NCBI RefSeq assembly: GCF_963921235.1 | Contig: NC_086109.1 | Coordinates: 21,392,001-21,456,000 of the forward strand | Direction of reading: 5' to 3' | Length of the DNA: 64,000 bases | DNA from: Mobula hypostoma | Lineage: Eukaryota | In this document: piece by piece, positions 23,286 through 35,745 of the stretch | Numbering within the stretch: the first letter of the stretch is position 1 | Layout of the letters: each line of letters begins with the position of its first letter | Notes under the pieces: generated by a model | Told to the model about the DNA's origin: nothing | Database searches by the model: none | What the model saw: only the letters and a program-made list of their open reading frames with translations | Made by a program: the position numbers and the translations under genes

Positions 23286-24290
23286 CTGGGCCTGGACCAG
23301 CTGCAATTTGCCTATCAGTTTGCCACCGTGGGTCTACAGCGGATGGAATCTCTCTGGCTCTCCAGTTTGCTTTGGATCACCTGGACAATGGTAATACCTA
23401 GATCAGGTTGCTGATTACAGCTCAGCATTCAACGCAATCATACCCTCAATTCTAATCAACAAGCTCTAAAACGTGGGCCTCCGTAGCTCTCTCTGCAACT
23501 GGATCCTTGACTTTCTTACTGGCAGACCAGAGTCAGTGAGAATCAGAAGTAACATCACCTCCTCACTGACAATCAACACTGGCTCACCTCAAAGGCATGT
23601 GCTTAGCCCACTTTGCTACTCTCTCTGCACCCACAATTGTATGCCCAAGCACTGCTCAACTGCCATCTATAAATTTATTGATGACACACTATTGTTGGCA
23701 CAATTTCAGACAGTGACGAAGAGACATACAGAAGTGAAGTGGATCAGCTGGTTGAGTGGTGTCACAGCAACAACCTTGCACTCAATACGACCAAAGCATT
23801 GATTGTGAACTTCAGGAAGGGGAAGTCAAGCGAGCACACACGTCCTAATGGAGAGATCAGAAGAGCAAAGGATGAGCAGTTCCAATTCCTTGGATGTCAG
23901 TATCTCTGAGGACCTATCCTGGGCCCGGTATTGATGCAATTATGAAGAAAGCATGTCAACGACTATACTTCATTAGGAGCGTGAGGAGACTTGGTATGCC
24001 AGTAAAGACACTCTCAAATTTCTGAAGATGTACCATGGACAGCGTTCTGACTGGCTGCATCACTGTCTGGTATGGAGGGGCCACTGCACAGGATTGGTAA
24101 TAGCTGCAGAAAGTTGTAAACTCAGCCAGCTCCATCATGGTCACTAGCCTCCCCAGCATCCAGTACTCCTGCATCCATCATTAAAGGTAATAAAGGAGGT
24201 ACATGAGCCTGAAGACACTCACTTAACATTTCAAGAACAACTTCATCCCCTTTGCCATCAGACTTCTGAATGGACTATGTACCCATGAAC
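23285..24290 (+). mobile_element. Rex1/Babar RT-to-3' fragment, head-to-head with the previous one
   Basis: [43 protein letters not shown]. Confidence 0.9.
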
Positions 24291-24329
24291 TCTGCCTCCC
24301 TTTTTTTTTGAGTAGTGAGTAATGCTTGT

Positions 24330-24870
24330 CGCTCTCACTTTCAGCTTTCACTACTGGCTTGCAGTTTTACACAAAGGAGAGCTGAATATGTAAGTCTCTC
24401 CCTGCCAGTACATAGCCTCTCCAACGGCAAGCCTCATGTAGTGTCTCCTTACTGTCAGCACACCAAGACTGAACTCCTTTCTGAACTACAGAGGATGGGG
24501 AGGAGGTCTGGCCCCTACGCACATAACACGCAGATCCACTGGTGTGAGGACAAGCCCTGGTGCTCGTGAACCAGATCCCCAGTTATGGGTCAATAGCCCC
24601 ATTGCCTTGTGGGCAGCCTCACGAGAGACAAAGACTACGGGAGTAAACCCAGACAGCAAATCTGGAGTGGAGTCCCCAAGGCAACTGAATGTCATTGAAC
24701 ATCCTTCCAGCAGCTCCTGCAGCCAAAGTTATTGCTTTCCTATGGACTACACTGGTTAGGCCAAGAGAGAGATCTTGACAACCGGGCATCTCAAGATCTC
24801 GATATCTTCTACCTAGGCTTGTGATGATGATCATCATCACCCATTGTCCTTCGAGATAGATGGATGCCAA
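24330..24870 (+). mobile_element. RTE-derived dispersed repeat
   Basis: ggagtaaacccagacagcaaatctggagtggagtccccaaggca block, also present reversed at about 48965-49010; RTE-like 3' end. Confidence 0.45.
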
Positions 24871-25464
24871 CTATATATATAAAATTTAAGGTATAACAGG
24901 GTCTCTTCCTGTTCACTTATATGGTGTCACAGCAGAAACTTATGATTGTTTCTGGAGGGCCATCAGGGTTAAATTTTTAATGATTTACACTCAAAAATCT
25001 GGAAGCTGAAGAGCAACTAGCAAAGTGACCAAAGATTCATCACCTTTGTTATTGAATTTTCTTCTAAAGGCTATTAAGCATCATTTTTTCTGCAGCCAAT
25101 GCTGGTAACAGCTTAGAAATAAAATCTGATTACTATCTTTCATTATTGGAGCAACCAAATAGATAGAATCAGATCTTAATGCATCTTTATCTCACAAATT
25201 TCATTTGTCGCTTACGTCAATTGCTTGATGAATAACCCAGAGAAAAAATAAATTCAAGGTCACAACATTTTGAGGAGATGAGGGAAAACACGTTTGACTC
25301 CTAATCAAGTTTTTCTACTGCCAACACTACTTATCAGTAATACATCTGGGTCAGGGGGTTTATGAATTCAAGATCCAGCCAGGGACGTGAGAACGAGCCA
25401 TTTCATTTCTCCTTCCCGTTCACATGAAGAAAGGGAAGGAAGGCTTTCCAGCAGGAAGTTTCCC

Positions 25465-25830
25465 CATTCATGCCTCCCTCTCACACCTTCTCTTCTTACC
25501 TGTCCATTGCCTTCTTCTGATGCTCCTTTCCCTTCCCTTTCTTCCATGGTCTTCTATCCTCTCCTATCGGATTCCACCTTCTCCAGCAATTTATCTCTTC
25601 CCAGCTCTTTACTTCAACCCCTCACCTGCCACCTTATACATCTTCCTCCCCTTGACCCCCACCTTCTTATTTGGACTTCTTCCCCCTTCCTTTCCAGTCC
25701 TGATGGCGGGTCTCAGCTCGAAATGTCTACTGTTTATTCCCATCCATAGATGTGCCTGATATTCTGAGCTCGTCCAGTACATTGTGTGTATTGCTCCAGA
25801 TTTCCAGCATCTGCAGTACCTCTTGTGCTA
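25465..25830 (+). mobile_element. Penelope-like terminal repeat with decayed hammerhead (25695-25732)
   Basis: cagtc-ctgatgg-cgggtctcagctc-gaaat-gtc-tactg. Confidence 0.8.
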
Positions 25831-26089
25831 ATAATTTAATTTATACCTTACCTACAGGTTCTAGTGAGATTTTAACAGTGTTCCTTGCACTTTCCCAAGC
25901 TTGGCCATTTCTGAGGCCAATAGATATATCTTCCTATTAAAATAACAGCACTCTTAACTTCTGTCATATTTAGCTTTGTTGAGTACTTCAGTAATTAAGC
26001 ATTGTGTTTTCATGGTGGCAACTGTGACTCACGGGATAATATTAAAAACGGGTTCAAACCTAACTCTAGAGAGTACAATTCACAAATCA

Positions 26090-26440
26090 GATTAATGTTC
26101 AAAGTGCAGCGTTGACAGTCCTATAGTGAGAATTTTTTTTAGTGTGACTGCAGTGTTAAATAGAACTCCCATTTGGTCTCTTGAAAGGACATACAAGATC
26201 TCTGGAGCACTGTTTTGAAGTAGAGCAGTGAAGCTCCCCTTCCGGTGGCCCAATCAAACATATCTCTCAACTAATATCCTTAAAGCTGCTAAATCTGTTT
26301 ACTTATTCCATTGCTGTTTGTGGGATCTTCAGTAGCACTGACTGGCTGATGCGCTTTCCATATTAATGACTACACTTCAATTGAACTTCATTGGCTGTGA
26401 AGTGCTTTGAGATATCCTGATGTCTTGAAAGTTTATATAC
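26090..26440 (+). mobile_element. Ancient Deu-domain SINE fragment
   Basis: cattgctgtttgtgggatctt, tgactacacttcaa, cttcattggctgtgaagtgctttgagatatcctga. Confidence 0.6.
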
Positions 26441-26822
26441 TATGGATATGGTCTGATCAAAACATGGCACTTTCCCAAGACCCTGGATTGTATGATGTGG
26501 CCTTTAGCCCCTTTCAAAGGTAGAATATGCCAACCTATGGGCAGCAGAGATCGTTAATGATGTGCTTGTTTTTCATCTGATGAAAGTGCTCATTAGCTGA
26601 AGCTAAAGTGCCCAGGAACTTCACAGTAAAGTCATCAGGGGGTTAATGGAAGGGCTTGTGCTGTGGAATAAATTAGCTTTGAAATGCCAGGGCTGCTGTA
26701 TGAAATGCTCAGTTGCTGTGGGCTCATCGGAGTCAAAGCGGCAAGAGAATATCAAAAAACAATTATTGCATTTGGAAAGATTAAATCCAACTTGACTACC
26801 TTCCTGACCCTCTGTCGTTAAA

Positions 26823-26851
26823 GGTCACATGACCGGGGGGTGATATAAAAG
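26823..26851 (+). promoter_or_regulatory. Candidate promoter/enhancer core: extended E-box plus TATA box
   Basis: GGTCACATGACC (26823-26834), G6, TATAAAAG (26844-26851), in sequence with no recognisable repeat. Confidence 0.3.
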
Positions 26852-27179
26852 AGGTCTAATCATTTGAACTGGCATTATCTTTATCTTCTTTCTTTTATGT
26901 CGTGTCCGGAATTCTCCAGTTAGCCAGCGATTTCCTTCCATGCCGCTCTGACGTATTGGGAAATCGTGTACGAGGCAATTATCTTTATAACAAACAGAAA
27001 GAATCTGAATTTATAATATACCTTTCCTAACCTCAGGACATTCAAAATGTCTTTGCAACCAATGACATACTTATTTTTGTAGCCAATCTGCATGCAGCAA
27101 GCTCTCTTGAGTAACAGGGAGATTAAATAAGGGCTGCCATTTATCGATGTTGATAAATATTGTCTCAGTTACATCAGAG

Positions 27180-27900
27180 AAAATCAGTCGAGTTTATGAT
27201 CATATGCACAGGTACATGTATGCATAGGTGTAATAAAAATATTTGCTTGCAGAAGCATCAAAGGCACATAGCAATGTTGTGCATCTGATGCTATGCTCAA
27301 AGTTCAATATTCAAAGCAAACCTATTATCAAAGTACATGCTCTATATGCCACCACGTGCTACCCTGAGATTCCTTTTCTTGCAGGCGTTGGCAGTAGAAC
27401 AGAGGTATATAATGCAAGCAATGAAAACTAGACACAAAGAGTGACATATAACCAATATGCAAAAGAAGGCAAACTGTACAAAAAAATTGATAAATAACTC
27501 AATAAGTAATATTGAGAACATGATCCATAGAGTCCTCGGAAGTGAGTCCATAGGTTGGGAAATCAGTTCAGTGTTGGGGTGAGTGAAGTTATCCCCTGCA
27601 GTTCTGGAGCCTAATGGTTGAAGGGTAATAACTGTTCCTAATCTTGGTGGATTGAGACCTAAGGCTCCCAAACCTCCATCCTGATGGCAGCTCAAGAAGA
27701 AAATATGGCCTCAATGGTGGGAGTCCTTGGCGATGGGTGCTGCTTTCTTGTGGCAGTGCTCCTTGTAGATGTAGTCAATTGTAGGGGGGGGGGCTTTTCC
27801 TGTGTTGGACTGGGCTGTATCCATCACTTTTTGTAGGATTTTCCTTGCCTGTAATGCAGTAGGTAAGTTTTTCTTTGCACCTGTGCATATATGACAATAC
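27180..27900 (-). mobile_element. Nested Rex1/Babar-type 3' fragments
   Basis: KILQKVMDTAQSNTG...IYKEHCHKKAAPIAKDSHH; tattatcaaagtacat tail family. Confidence 0.7.
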
Positions 27901-28232
27901 ACCCGACTTCAATTTTGAGTTTGACTTTAAATGGAAATGAAACTTCATTCTAATTGATAGAGTCCCTTTGCATAAATAAGAAAGAACATTATGGCTGTGA
28001 AATCCCAAAAGGCCCCAATTTGTAACTGTAACTACTTCAAACTGAACCAGAAAACTGAGTAAATGTGTCAGTTTTCAATGATCATTTAAGGCTGAAGATT
28101 GGGAGTCTTCACAGAGAGATCCAGGATCTAATATAGTTTCCCTCAGATGCATTATTTAATTATGAATAATCTTAAATGTGAATGGAAATACTTAGTTACT
28201 ATAGTTTCAGAAGAAAATGTACACAAAAAAGG

Positions 28233-28318
28233 AAGCAACACACTCAAAATGCTGGAGGAACTTAGCAGGCCAGGCAGCATCCATAGGAAAGAGTAAACAG
28301 TCAACGTTTCAGGCCGAG
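28233..28318 (-). mobile_element. Short Penelope terminal-repeat insertion truncated inside hammerhead helix II
   Basis: gcaacacactcaaaatgctggagg...cagtcaacgtttcaggccgaga; flanks aaaaaggaa / agaaggaa. Confidence 0.75.
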
Positions 28319-29419
28319 AAACAGAAGGAAAGTAGTTTAGATTCTGCTATAATTAATTTGTTAAATGAAATAAAGTCTCAGTCATGGTGTAGACCATAGA
28401 AGAAAAGAATGCCTGTGCTTCCTATCTGTCTTGTGTTTTGGGTGTGAACCCAAGAAGAAATTATTTTGGGGGACTGAGATTAGGGTTGTCTAATTGTCTT
28501 TGCAAAAGATTTGCAGTGAATGTGTTAAATATTGAACATGATGTATAGACTAAAAAGCTTCCCATCAATTACTATATTGGATAGGAAGGAAAATAAGAAC
28601 ATGCTTTGATAACTAATAACGGAAAATCATCAACTTCTCTCCTCATCGATGTTCTCTGACTTGATGAGTATTGTGAGCTTTTCTTTTACTTTTCCTTTTA
28701 CATTGAGTAATTTTCCATCTTAGATTACGTGCTTGTGTGTTTGAAGTGTGATTTTAGCCTGCCAGAGAGCTGTGAGTGTTACCGACTGAACTGCAGCAAA
28801 GACAAAATCCAAGCTGGATAGTAGAACACTATCCTTGCTTATATTTCCAAATTTACCAAATTTCCTTCGGGATCAATAAAGTATGACTATGACTATGACT
28901 ATTTGAACTTCATTACTTCAGTTTTATGTCTCATTGAAAGGAAAGCGCTTGTAAAAATGCAGCACAACCAGCACGTTGCATGTGTTGTCCAGTTTTAAGC
29001 TTGCAGTGGGGCTTGAATCAACAACTTTCTGCACTGGAGACAAGAGCCAGCAGTAGAGAAAAGGGTGATGGTGAGGAATCAGAGATAGGAGGAAATTGCT
29101 GCTAACAGCCAGAGAGAAGCAGGGGGTAGACACTTGGAAATGGAGTAATAAATATGTCATTCTATTTACTAAAGTAATAAGCAGACAATTAGTTGCTAAG
29201 CTCTCTATTCTAGCATGCAATTTCTTCAGCAACCTCAGCAGCCTTACTGTGAGAAGGTTTTAAAGTTATACTAAGAAGGGAAGTAATGAGTTCAGGATAC
29301 TCTTTTACTGCAGTGTCTTGTTCTCAGTTCCTAGTATGTTTATTGCCTTTTTCGACAGGAATTAAAACCTCACTAATGCGATTCAGAGCATTTCCTTCTC
29401 AGCAAGCATCCCTTTTAAA

Positions 29420-29812
29420 GAAAGGATTTGCATTCATATGATGTTTGTTTTATGTTTTTTTGGAATATCCCAGAGCTTTACTGCCAATGAGGTACTTTTG
29501 AAGTGTAGTCACTGTTGTAAGGTCAGAGAAATGGCCAATTTGAGCACAGCAAGATCCCAGAATAAGCAACTAATTAAAAGATTAGATAACTTATTGAGTG
29601 ACATTGGCCGAGAGATGATTACTAATCAGGACATTGGGGAAGTATCTTTTGTTGGTGCATAATAAGGGTCTTTTACATCCATCTGAAATGGCATTGGTTA
29701 TCAGAATGACAGAACTTGCGATTATGCAGTGCTGGAGTCTCTAGAGCCCAGTATGAAGTCACAACCTTCTGTTCTAAAGGTGAAAATGTTACAAAATGAA
29801 TCTAAGCTGGCA
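29420..29812 (-). mobile_element. Ancient Deu-domain SINE
   Basis: ttgcattcatat, gccaatgaggtacttttgaagtgtagtcactgttgtaa, gcacagcaagatcccag. Confidence 0.7.
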
Positions 29813-30279
29813 ATTACATCAGTGAATCTTCACAGCCATTTTGTTTTGTCTTTGTTCTCTTTTCTCTTTCGGACATTTTAATTCCCACAATAATAAGGTA
29901 GTGGTCTGAAGACGTACTCAAAAGTTTTTTTGTTTATGGAAGATATTGTTCCTGTACTTCTCTGTTCTAATGAAGAATCTCAGGCATGAAACATGAACAG
30001 TCTCTCTTTCCACAGATGCTCTCTGACCTGCTTAGTGTTTGCAACACTTCCTGTTCTTACAGCCGGTCATTGAAATGTGACTTTGTTAAATAACCTGTGT
30101 GAGGATAACGACCATTGTGAGGACCAGTGTGTGTGTGTGGGGGGGGGGCGGGGGGGTAGTTTGAAGGTGGGAATGTGGTGAAACCTACAAGGTATCCATC
30201 CGTTCAGAAAGTGCTAGAAATTGTCAACGGATGAGGCACAGATTTAATATTATACTTCAGCGACCCTTCATTAAAATAT

Positions 30280-30890
30280 CTCACCCAAGATGCTGGAGGA
30301 ACAGGTCAGGCAGCATCTATGGAGGGAAATGGACAGTTGGAGTCACCCATTAGATTCCTTCTTTTTCAATTGTTTGCCTCTTCCACACATCAGCTCCCAG
30401 CTTCTCACATCATTACCTTTTCAACCCTTCCTCAACTCTCCTGCTTCCCGCCCCCCCTCCCTAGACTCACCTATCCCCCTCCAGCTCATTTATTTATTGT
30501 ATACAACGTTGAACAGGTGCATGTACAAACTCCTTGCAGGCAGCACTGGTGCTGAAAAGCGCTGTGCTTACCATTATGCCACTGTTCTCCGTCCCCTCCA
30601 CTCATCCATTTATTTGGGCCTCTACCTTCTTTCTCTCCAGCCCTGATGAAGGATATTGGCTCAAATTGTTGACTGTCCATTGTTGGTGCCCGATCCGTTT
30701 AGTTCTTCCAGCCATTTTTGCTCTGTGTTTCCAGCATCTACAATCTCTCTTTTATCTTCATCAGAACACCCTTCATATGTGCTGAGGAAAGATCAATACC
30801 ACAAAGCTCTTCACAGAATGTTGCCTGAACTAGCTGAATAGTTCTGTTTTTATTTCAGATTTTCAGCATCTGGAATGTTTTGGGTTTCAG
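30280..30890. mobile_element. Cluster of Penelope terminal-repeat pieces (short inverted arm plus plus-strand copies) with a SINE remnant
   Basis: Minus arm 30287-30338, then plus copy with decayed hammerhead cagccctgatgaagg...gactg at 30638-30675. Confidence 0.65.
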
Positions 30891-31419
30891 TCCTACGATC
30901 TAGTTTCAGAAATCTAATTGTGACCATATTTCCTAACAATCTGCTAGCATCTTCAGGAGAGAAAAAGAAGAATGCACAGGCTTTGGTTTACCTGTATTTC
31001 TAGAGAGTTTGGACAATTTTGCAGATGCAGCCTTGAAAGTATTTTTCCTGTGTCTTGAGATGGCTGCCAAGAAGCATACAGGGAACTGCCTAGTATGTCA
31101 GAATTTAGTGTCAGGTCTGAAGGGCTGCTCTACAAATACCATTTTCCATAATTTGCCATAGGTTATGCTGACCGATTGAAGGCAATGGTGAATTTTATCA
31201 TCAACATTTTCCCTTGCTGAGAAGTGCTCCTGGGATATAGGAAGCAGGCCGCATCTTCCAGTGTCTCCCCATGTACCTTTATTTTAGTATGGTATGTGTA
31301 GACACTCCATGGTCCGCCATAACTGCTAGCTGCAAATAGGTTGCTACTTCTCTAGTTGGAAGAACTGGGCTGCTTTGGATTTCCAGCATCTGCAGATTTT
31401 CTCGTGTTTGCGAAGAACT

Positions 31420-31925
31420 AGGACAGCCTACTTAATGCAGACTTTCCTAATTTAAACCTTGGATGCCAGAAACTTCCTGGTGAGTCTGCAATACATTTTT
31501 CCAAGGCCAATTATTAGAGGGGTACAGTTCCCAGAAATATACTCTATGCTCCAGATATGATCTATCTGACTTTGTGTAGCTGAAGCATATTTGGTCTCTC
31601 TTTTGTTCTTGGCTCGCAGCTGTAAACAACAATATTTCATTAACTTACTTCGCTGCTTTTTTGCTCTGATTAGTACATAATTCTGCTCTATGTAGATTAG
31701 CGCCCCAAATCTCTTGCCTTCACTATTCCTGATTCTTTACCTTTTAAACATTACGCACGTCTATCCTTTCTTGATCCAAATTAAATGACCTCACATTTAT
31801 CTGCATTGAAATCCATCTGCCACAGTTTTGCTCATGCACTTAATTTATCAATGTCTCTATGTAATTTTATGCGCCTGTCTATACTACTTATTATACCACC
31901 AATCTTTATGTCATTGGCAAGCTGG
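31420..31925 (-). mobile_element. Old CR1 RT fragment
   Basis: cctcacatttatctgcattgaaatccatctgcca (antisense WQMDFNADKCEV); ccaatctttatgtcattggcaa (antisense of an ADDTK-type motif). Confidence 0.7.
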
Positions 31926-34859
31926 ATATATGACTCTTTTATGGCCACGGTTAAATTGGTCCGGGACCATTTTTTGGCAGCTCTATGGTCAACAATCCAA
32001 TCGGCAGCTAACTACACTCTCTTCCGTTCCAGTCACAAGATTCCTGTAATTATTTCTTGCAAACCAAGCAATCAGAAAATTTATCAAGCAGAAAATTCTT
32101 CATTATCCAGCCAGTCTATTAAAAGAGCAACACTTTCCACTGCTGCATATATGAGACGTTGTTCATATAGATCCTTGTGGAGATGTTTTTTATACATAAA
32201 AATATATGTCTATACGGAAAACACAGTAAATGTCTTCAGAGTGCAGATAGGTTACAGTGATCGCAAAGCTGATGTTGTGCCTTGAATAAAGAACTCACTT
32301 TGAAGTGAGTGACGGAGTTTTTCCCTTGTGGGATTTCAGAGGCACATTATATTAAAACCTGATTAATGCTCCAACTCATTACAAATTCATTTAAGGACTA
32401 CTTTGAACTCTTGCAAAGAACCTGAGCAGAATATGATTAAAACTGTTGAACGCTCTGACTCCAGAGTGCTCTCTGGTTAGAGGACTGGGCCATTAACTGT
32501 CTCAGTACCAGATGGAATTGAAGCACTAGCAGACAGAGCCCAGCGACGGGGAGGGTCCCCTGGTGCAGAAAAGAGTTCCCCACTTTTCCAGAGGGCAATG
32601 AATGAAGGAATACAGAGCTTGGGTTTTCCATTAATTCATTTTAAATTTGGGAAGCTGTCCTCTAATCTGATTCCCATTTGATTTTCCTCTGCGTGGTGGA
32701 CTTAATTGTTTCTGTTTGTATGCATGCTGAATCATTTCCAATCACAAGAGAGGTCTCAGGCACTGCTGACACAGTTTGGCCTGAAACGTCAACTTTCCAC
32801 AGAAGCTGCTTGACCTGCTGAGGTCCTCCAGTGTTTTTCGTGTGTCGCTCTGAACTTCCAGCATCTGCAGGATCCCTTGTTTAGAGGTCCGAGTCAGCCA
32901 TTGTGAGGCTTTACTGTTATTGTCTTTACTCAATCGTACGTACTGTGTGTTTCTTTCTCTGCTCCTGTTCACCTTCATCTTTCCTGTTTTGTATCCCGCC
33001 TAGATCTGTAGAATTGCACGGTGCAAAAGACAGCATTCACCCCAATGTCTGACAAGCTAAGTCATACCAACTTTCTGCTCTTTTCACAGCATTTCTTCAT
33101 TTGCAAGTATTTATTTCTTCAATTTTGAAGGTTTTTATGTATTGTTTAAGTTCAACCATTAAACCTATTTGCAAAATTGCTGCAGCATTCGACGGACAAT
33201 GGAGAGTACGTGAGTGGCATCACATCTAAGGCGTACACTGCCCACTTTGAGCATAGGGTCTACTGGTCCAGAAAAGGTGCGTTATAGCAGTGTTGGTGAG
33301 GTGGTGGGATGGTAGAGAACATGTGAAGAAGTTGAGCAGGAGGCTTTTGGCAAATCCTCCTGGTTGCAAATTCTGTTTTAAGGCCAAGGTCTTAAACACC
33401 ATAAAATAGATTCTGCATGTGTATGTACCCACATGGCCTTTCCTCCGGATCCTGCATCCTCATGCTAGGAAGTATAGTAGTCTATGGATTGAATGTGAAA
33501 GTGGGTTTTAGAAGGTAGGCCAGGAGCAGTGGAGGGGTTGATTCAGGAGTGTTGGAAGATGAATCTGTTGTCACCAGGGTTAAATTGGTTGGGATGAAAT
33601 TTCACTCTTGTGTCTCCATTTAATTAGTTGAGCTCATTTTTCTGAAGCTCCAGAGTCAACGATCTCATAGATATCCACTTGTACTCTCTTGTTCTAGTAT
33701 TGAGGGACCTGCAATCACTTGTTGCAGACAGAGAGCAGGAGAAGGGAGATGCTTTGAGGACTGGGATACTAGATTGAGGATTGTGGGCTCTGTCCAAAAC
33801 ATTAACAATTTCTTCCACCCACCCACCCATAGCCCCACAAATGCTGCTTAGCATGCTGAGTTCCTCCAGCAAATTGTTGCAGATTATGGATGGAATTCCT
33901 GCTGATCATCATCACCTTGTGACATAGGATATCTTCAAACCTAAAAGATACCCGGTCATAAACCCTAGAGTTTCTGCAGATGCTGGAAATCAAACCACAA
34001 TTCAAGTTTAATTATCATTCAAACCACACATAGATACAGCCGATGAGACAGCGTTCTCTGAGGTCGAATTTCAAACCATTCAGAATAGCAAGCAACTATT
34101 CAAAAATAGTGAGTAACATAATTCAAAATAGCAAGCAAAGAAGTATATTCACTTGAGAGAAAAAAAAACACATTAAAAAAATCCAAGATCCTGAGCAACA
34201 ATGTCTAGCAATTGATGATACCGTGTCCCAACAGTGCACAGACACTCTCCAATGTCAGCACATCCTTTCTTGGATTCTAGTCTGTCATTCCTCTGCTCAA
34301 ACACAAGAGGGCAGGGCCAATAGGCGAGGCCAGGCCCCAGCCAAGCTCAACCGTGCTGTAGTGCTTCCACGACCTTCACTCAGGCTGAAGCTGCACTCAC
34401 AAAATCATGAGCAACACACACAAAATGCTGAATGAACTCAGCAAGTCAGGCAGCATCTATGGAAGGGAATAAAGAGTCGACCTCTGGACCGAGATCTTTC
34501 ATTAGGGCCGGGTCCGAAATGGATTTCTGGTCATTATTCCTTGATCACTTAAAGCCCCTCCAGGCTGACAAAATCTTTTATTACATAATGTCATCCATAC
34601 CCAGAATATCACTGGTGAAGAGAAACTTCAACCCTGCCCTTATTCTTGGCTACAGTAAAAGCAGAAAAGAGATTAACTGAATCCAAACTATCTGTATAAG
34701 GATAACTAATATATATAGTACTTTACAAAATACCAAGTTTAACATCTGAAGTGTATTGCCTGAGAAGGTGCTGGAAATGTATCAAATAATCAGAAAGCTG
34801 GATGGATAAAAATTTGAAAGTAATAATGCACAAGCAAAGAACAGAGGCTCCAGAGGAAG

Positions 34860-35745
34860 TTACTGTTGAGGCCTCACTTGGAGTATTGTGAGCAGTTTTG
34901 GGCTCCTTGTCTAAGGAAGGATGTGCTGACATTGGAGAGGGTTCAAAGGAGGATTGAAAGGCTTATTTTATGAGGAGCGTTTGATGACTCTGGGCCTGTA
35001 CTGACTAGAATTCAGAAGAATGAGGGGGGATCTCTTTGAAACCTAGTGAATGTTGAAAGGCCTCGATAGAGTGAATGTGGAGAGGATGTTTCCTATGGTG
35101 GGGGAGTCTAAGACCAGAGGACACAGCCTCAGAGTAGAGGGACGTCCATTTATAATGATGGAGGGTAACTTCTTTAGCCAGACAGTGGTGAATCTGTGGA
35201 ATTCATTGCCACAGGTGGTCGTGGAGGCCAAGTCATTTGGTGTATTTAAGGCAGAAGTTAATAGGGCATAAAGGGATACAGGAAGAAGGCAGGAGATTAG
35301 GGCTGAGAGAAAAGTGGATGATGAAATGGTGGAGCAGGCTCAATGGGCCAAATGGCCTGATTCTGCTCCTCTATCTTATGGTCCTAATGAGGGAAGATCT
35401 CACTCAATCCTGTTGAATATTGAAAGGCCTAGACAGAATGGATGTGGAGAGGATGTATCCTATAGGGAGAGTCGAGGACCAAAGGGCACAGCCTCAGAAT
35501 ACAAGGATGTCCTTTTAGTACAGATATAAGGAGGAACTTCTTTAGGCAGAGGTAATGAATCTGTGGAACTCATTGCCACAGGTGGTCGTGGAGGCCAAGT
35601 CATTTGGTGTATTTAAACTGGAGGTTGATTAATCAGGGGAGAAGGCAGGAGAATGGGGTTGAGAAGTACAGGGTAATAATTCAGCCAAGATCGAGCAGAC
35701 TGGGTGGACAAAATGTCCTAATTCTGCTCCTATGTTTATGGTCTA
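34860..35745 (+). mobile_element. Two tandem CR1 3' fragments
   Basis: MLKGLDRVNVERMFPMVGESKTRGHSLRVEG; tails tcttatggtc (35373) and tttatggtct (35735). Confidence 0.9.

Noticed and set aside
30992..31129. Second 138-nt open minus-strand exon candidate (SSPSDLTLNSD...LEIQ)
   Set aside because: Donor CAG|gtaaac is plausible but the acceptor lacks a polypyrimidine tract; peptide unrecognised; compatible with chance
31785..32285. 166-aa plus-strand ORF
   Set aside because: N-terminal part is antisense CR1 RT; the rest has no recognisable domain
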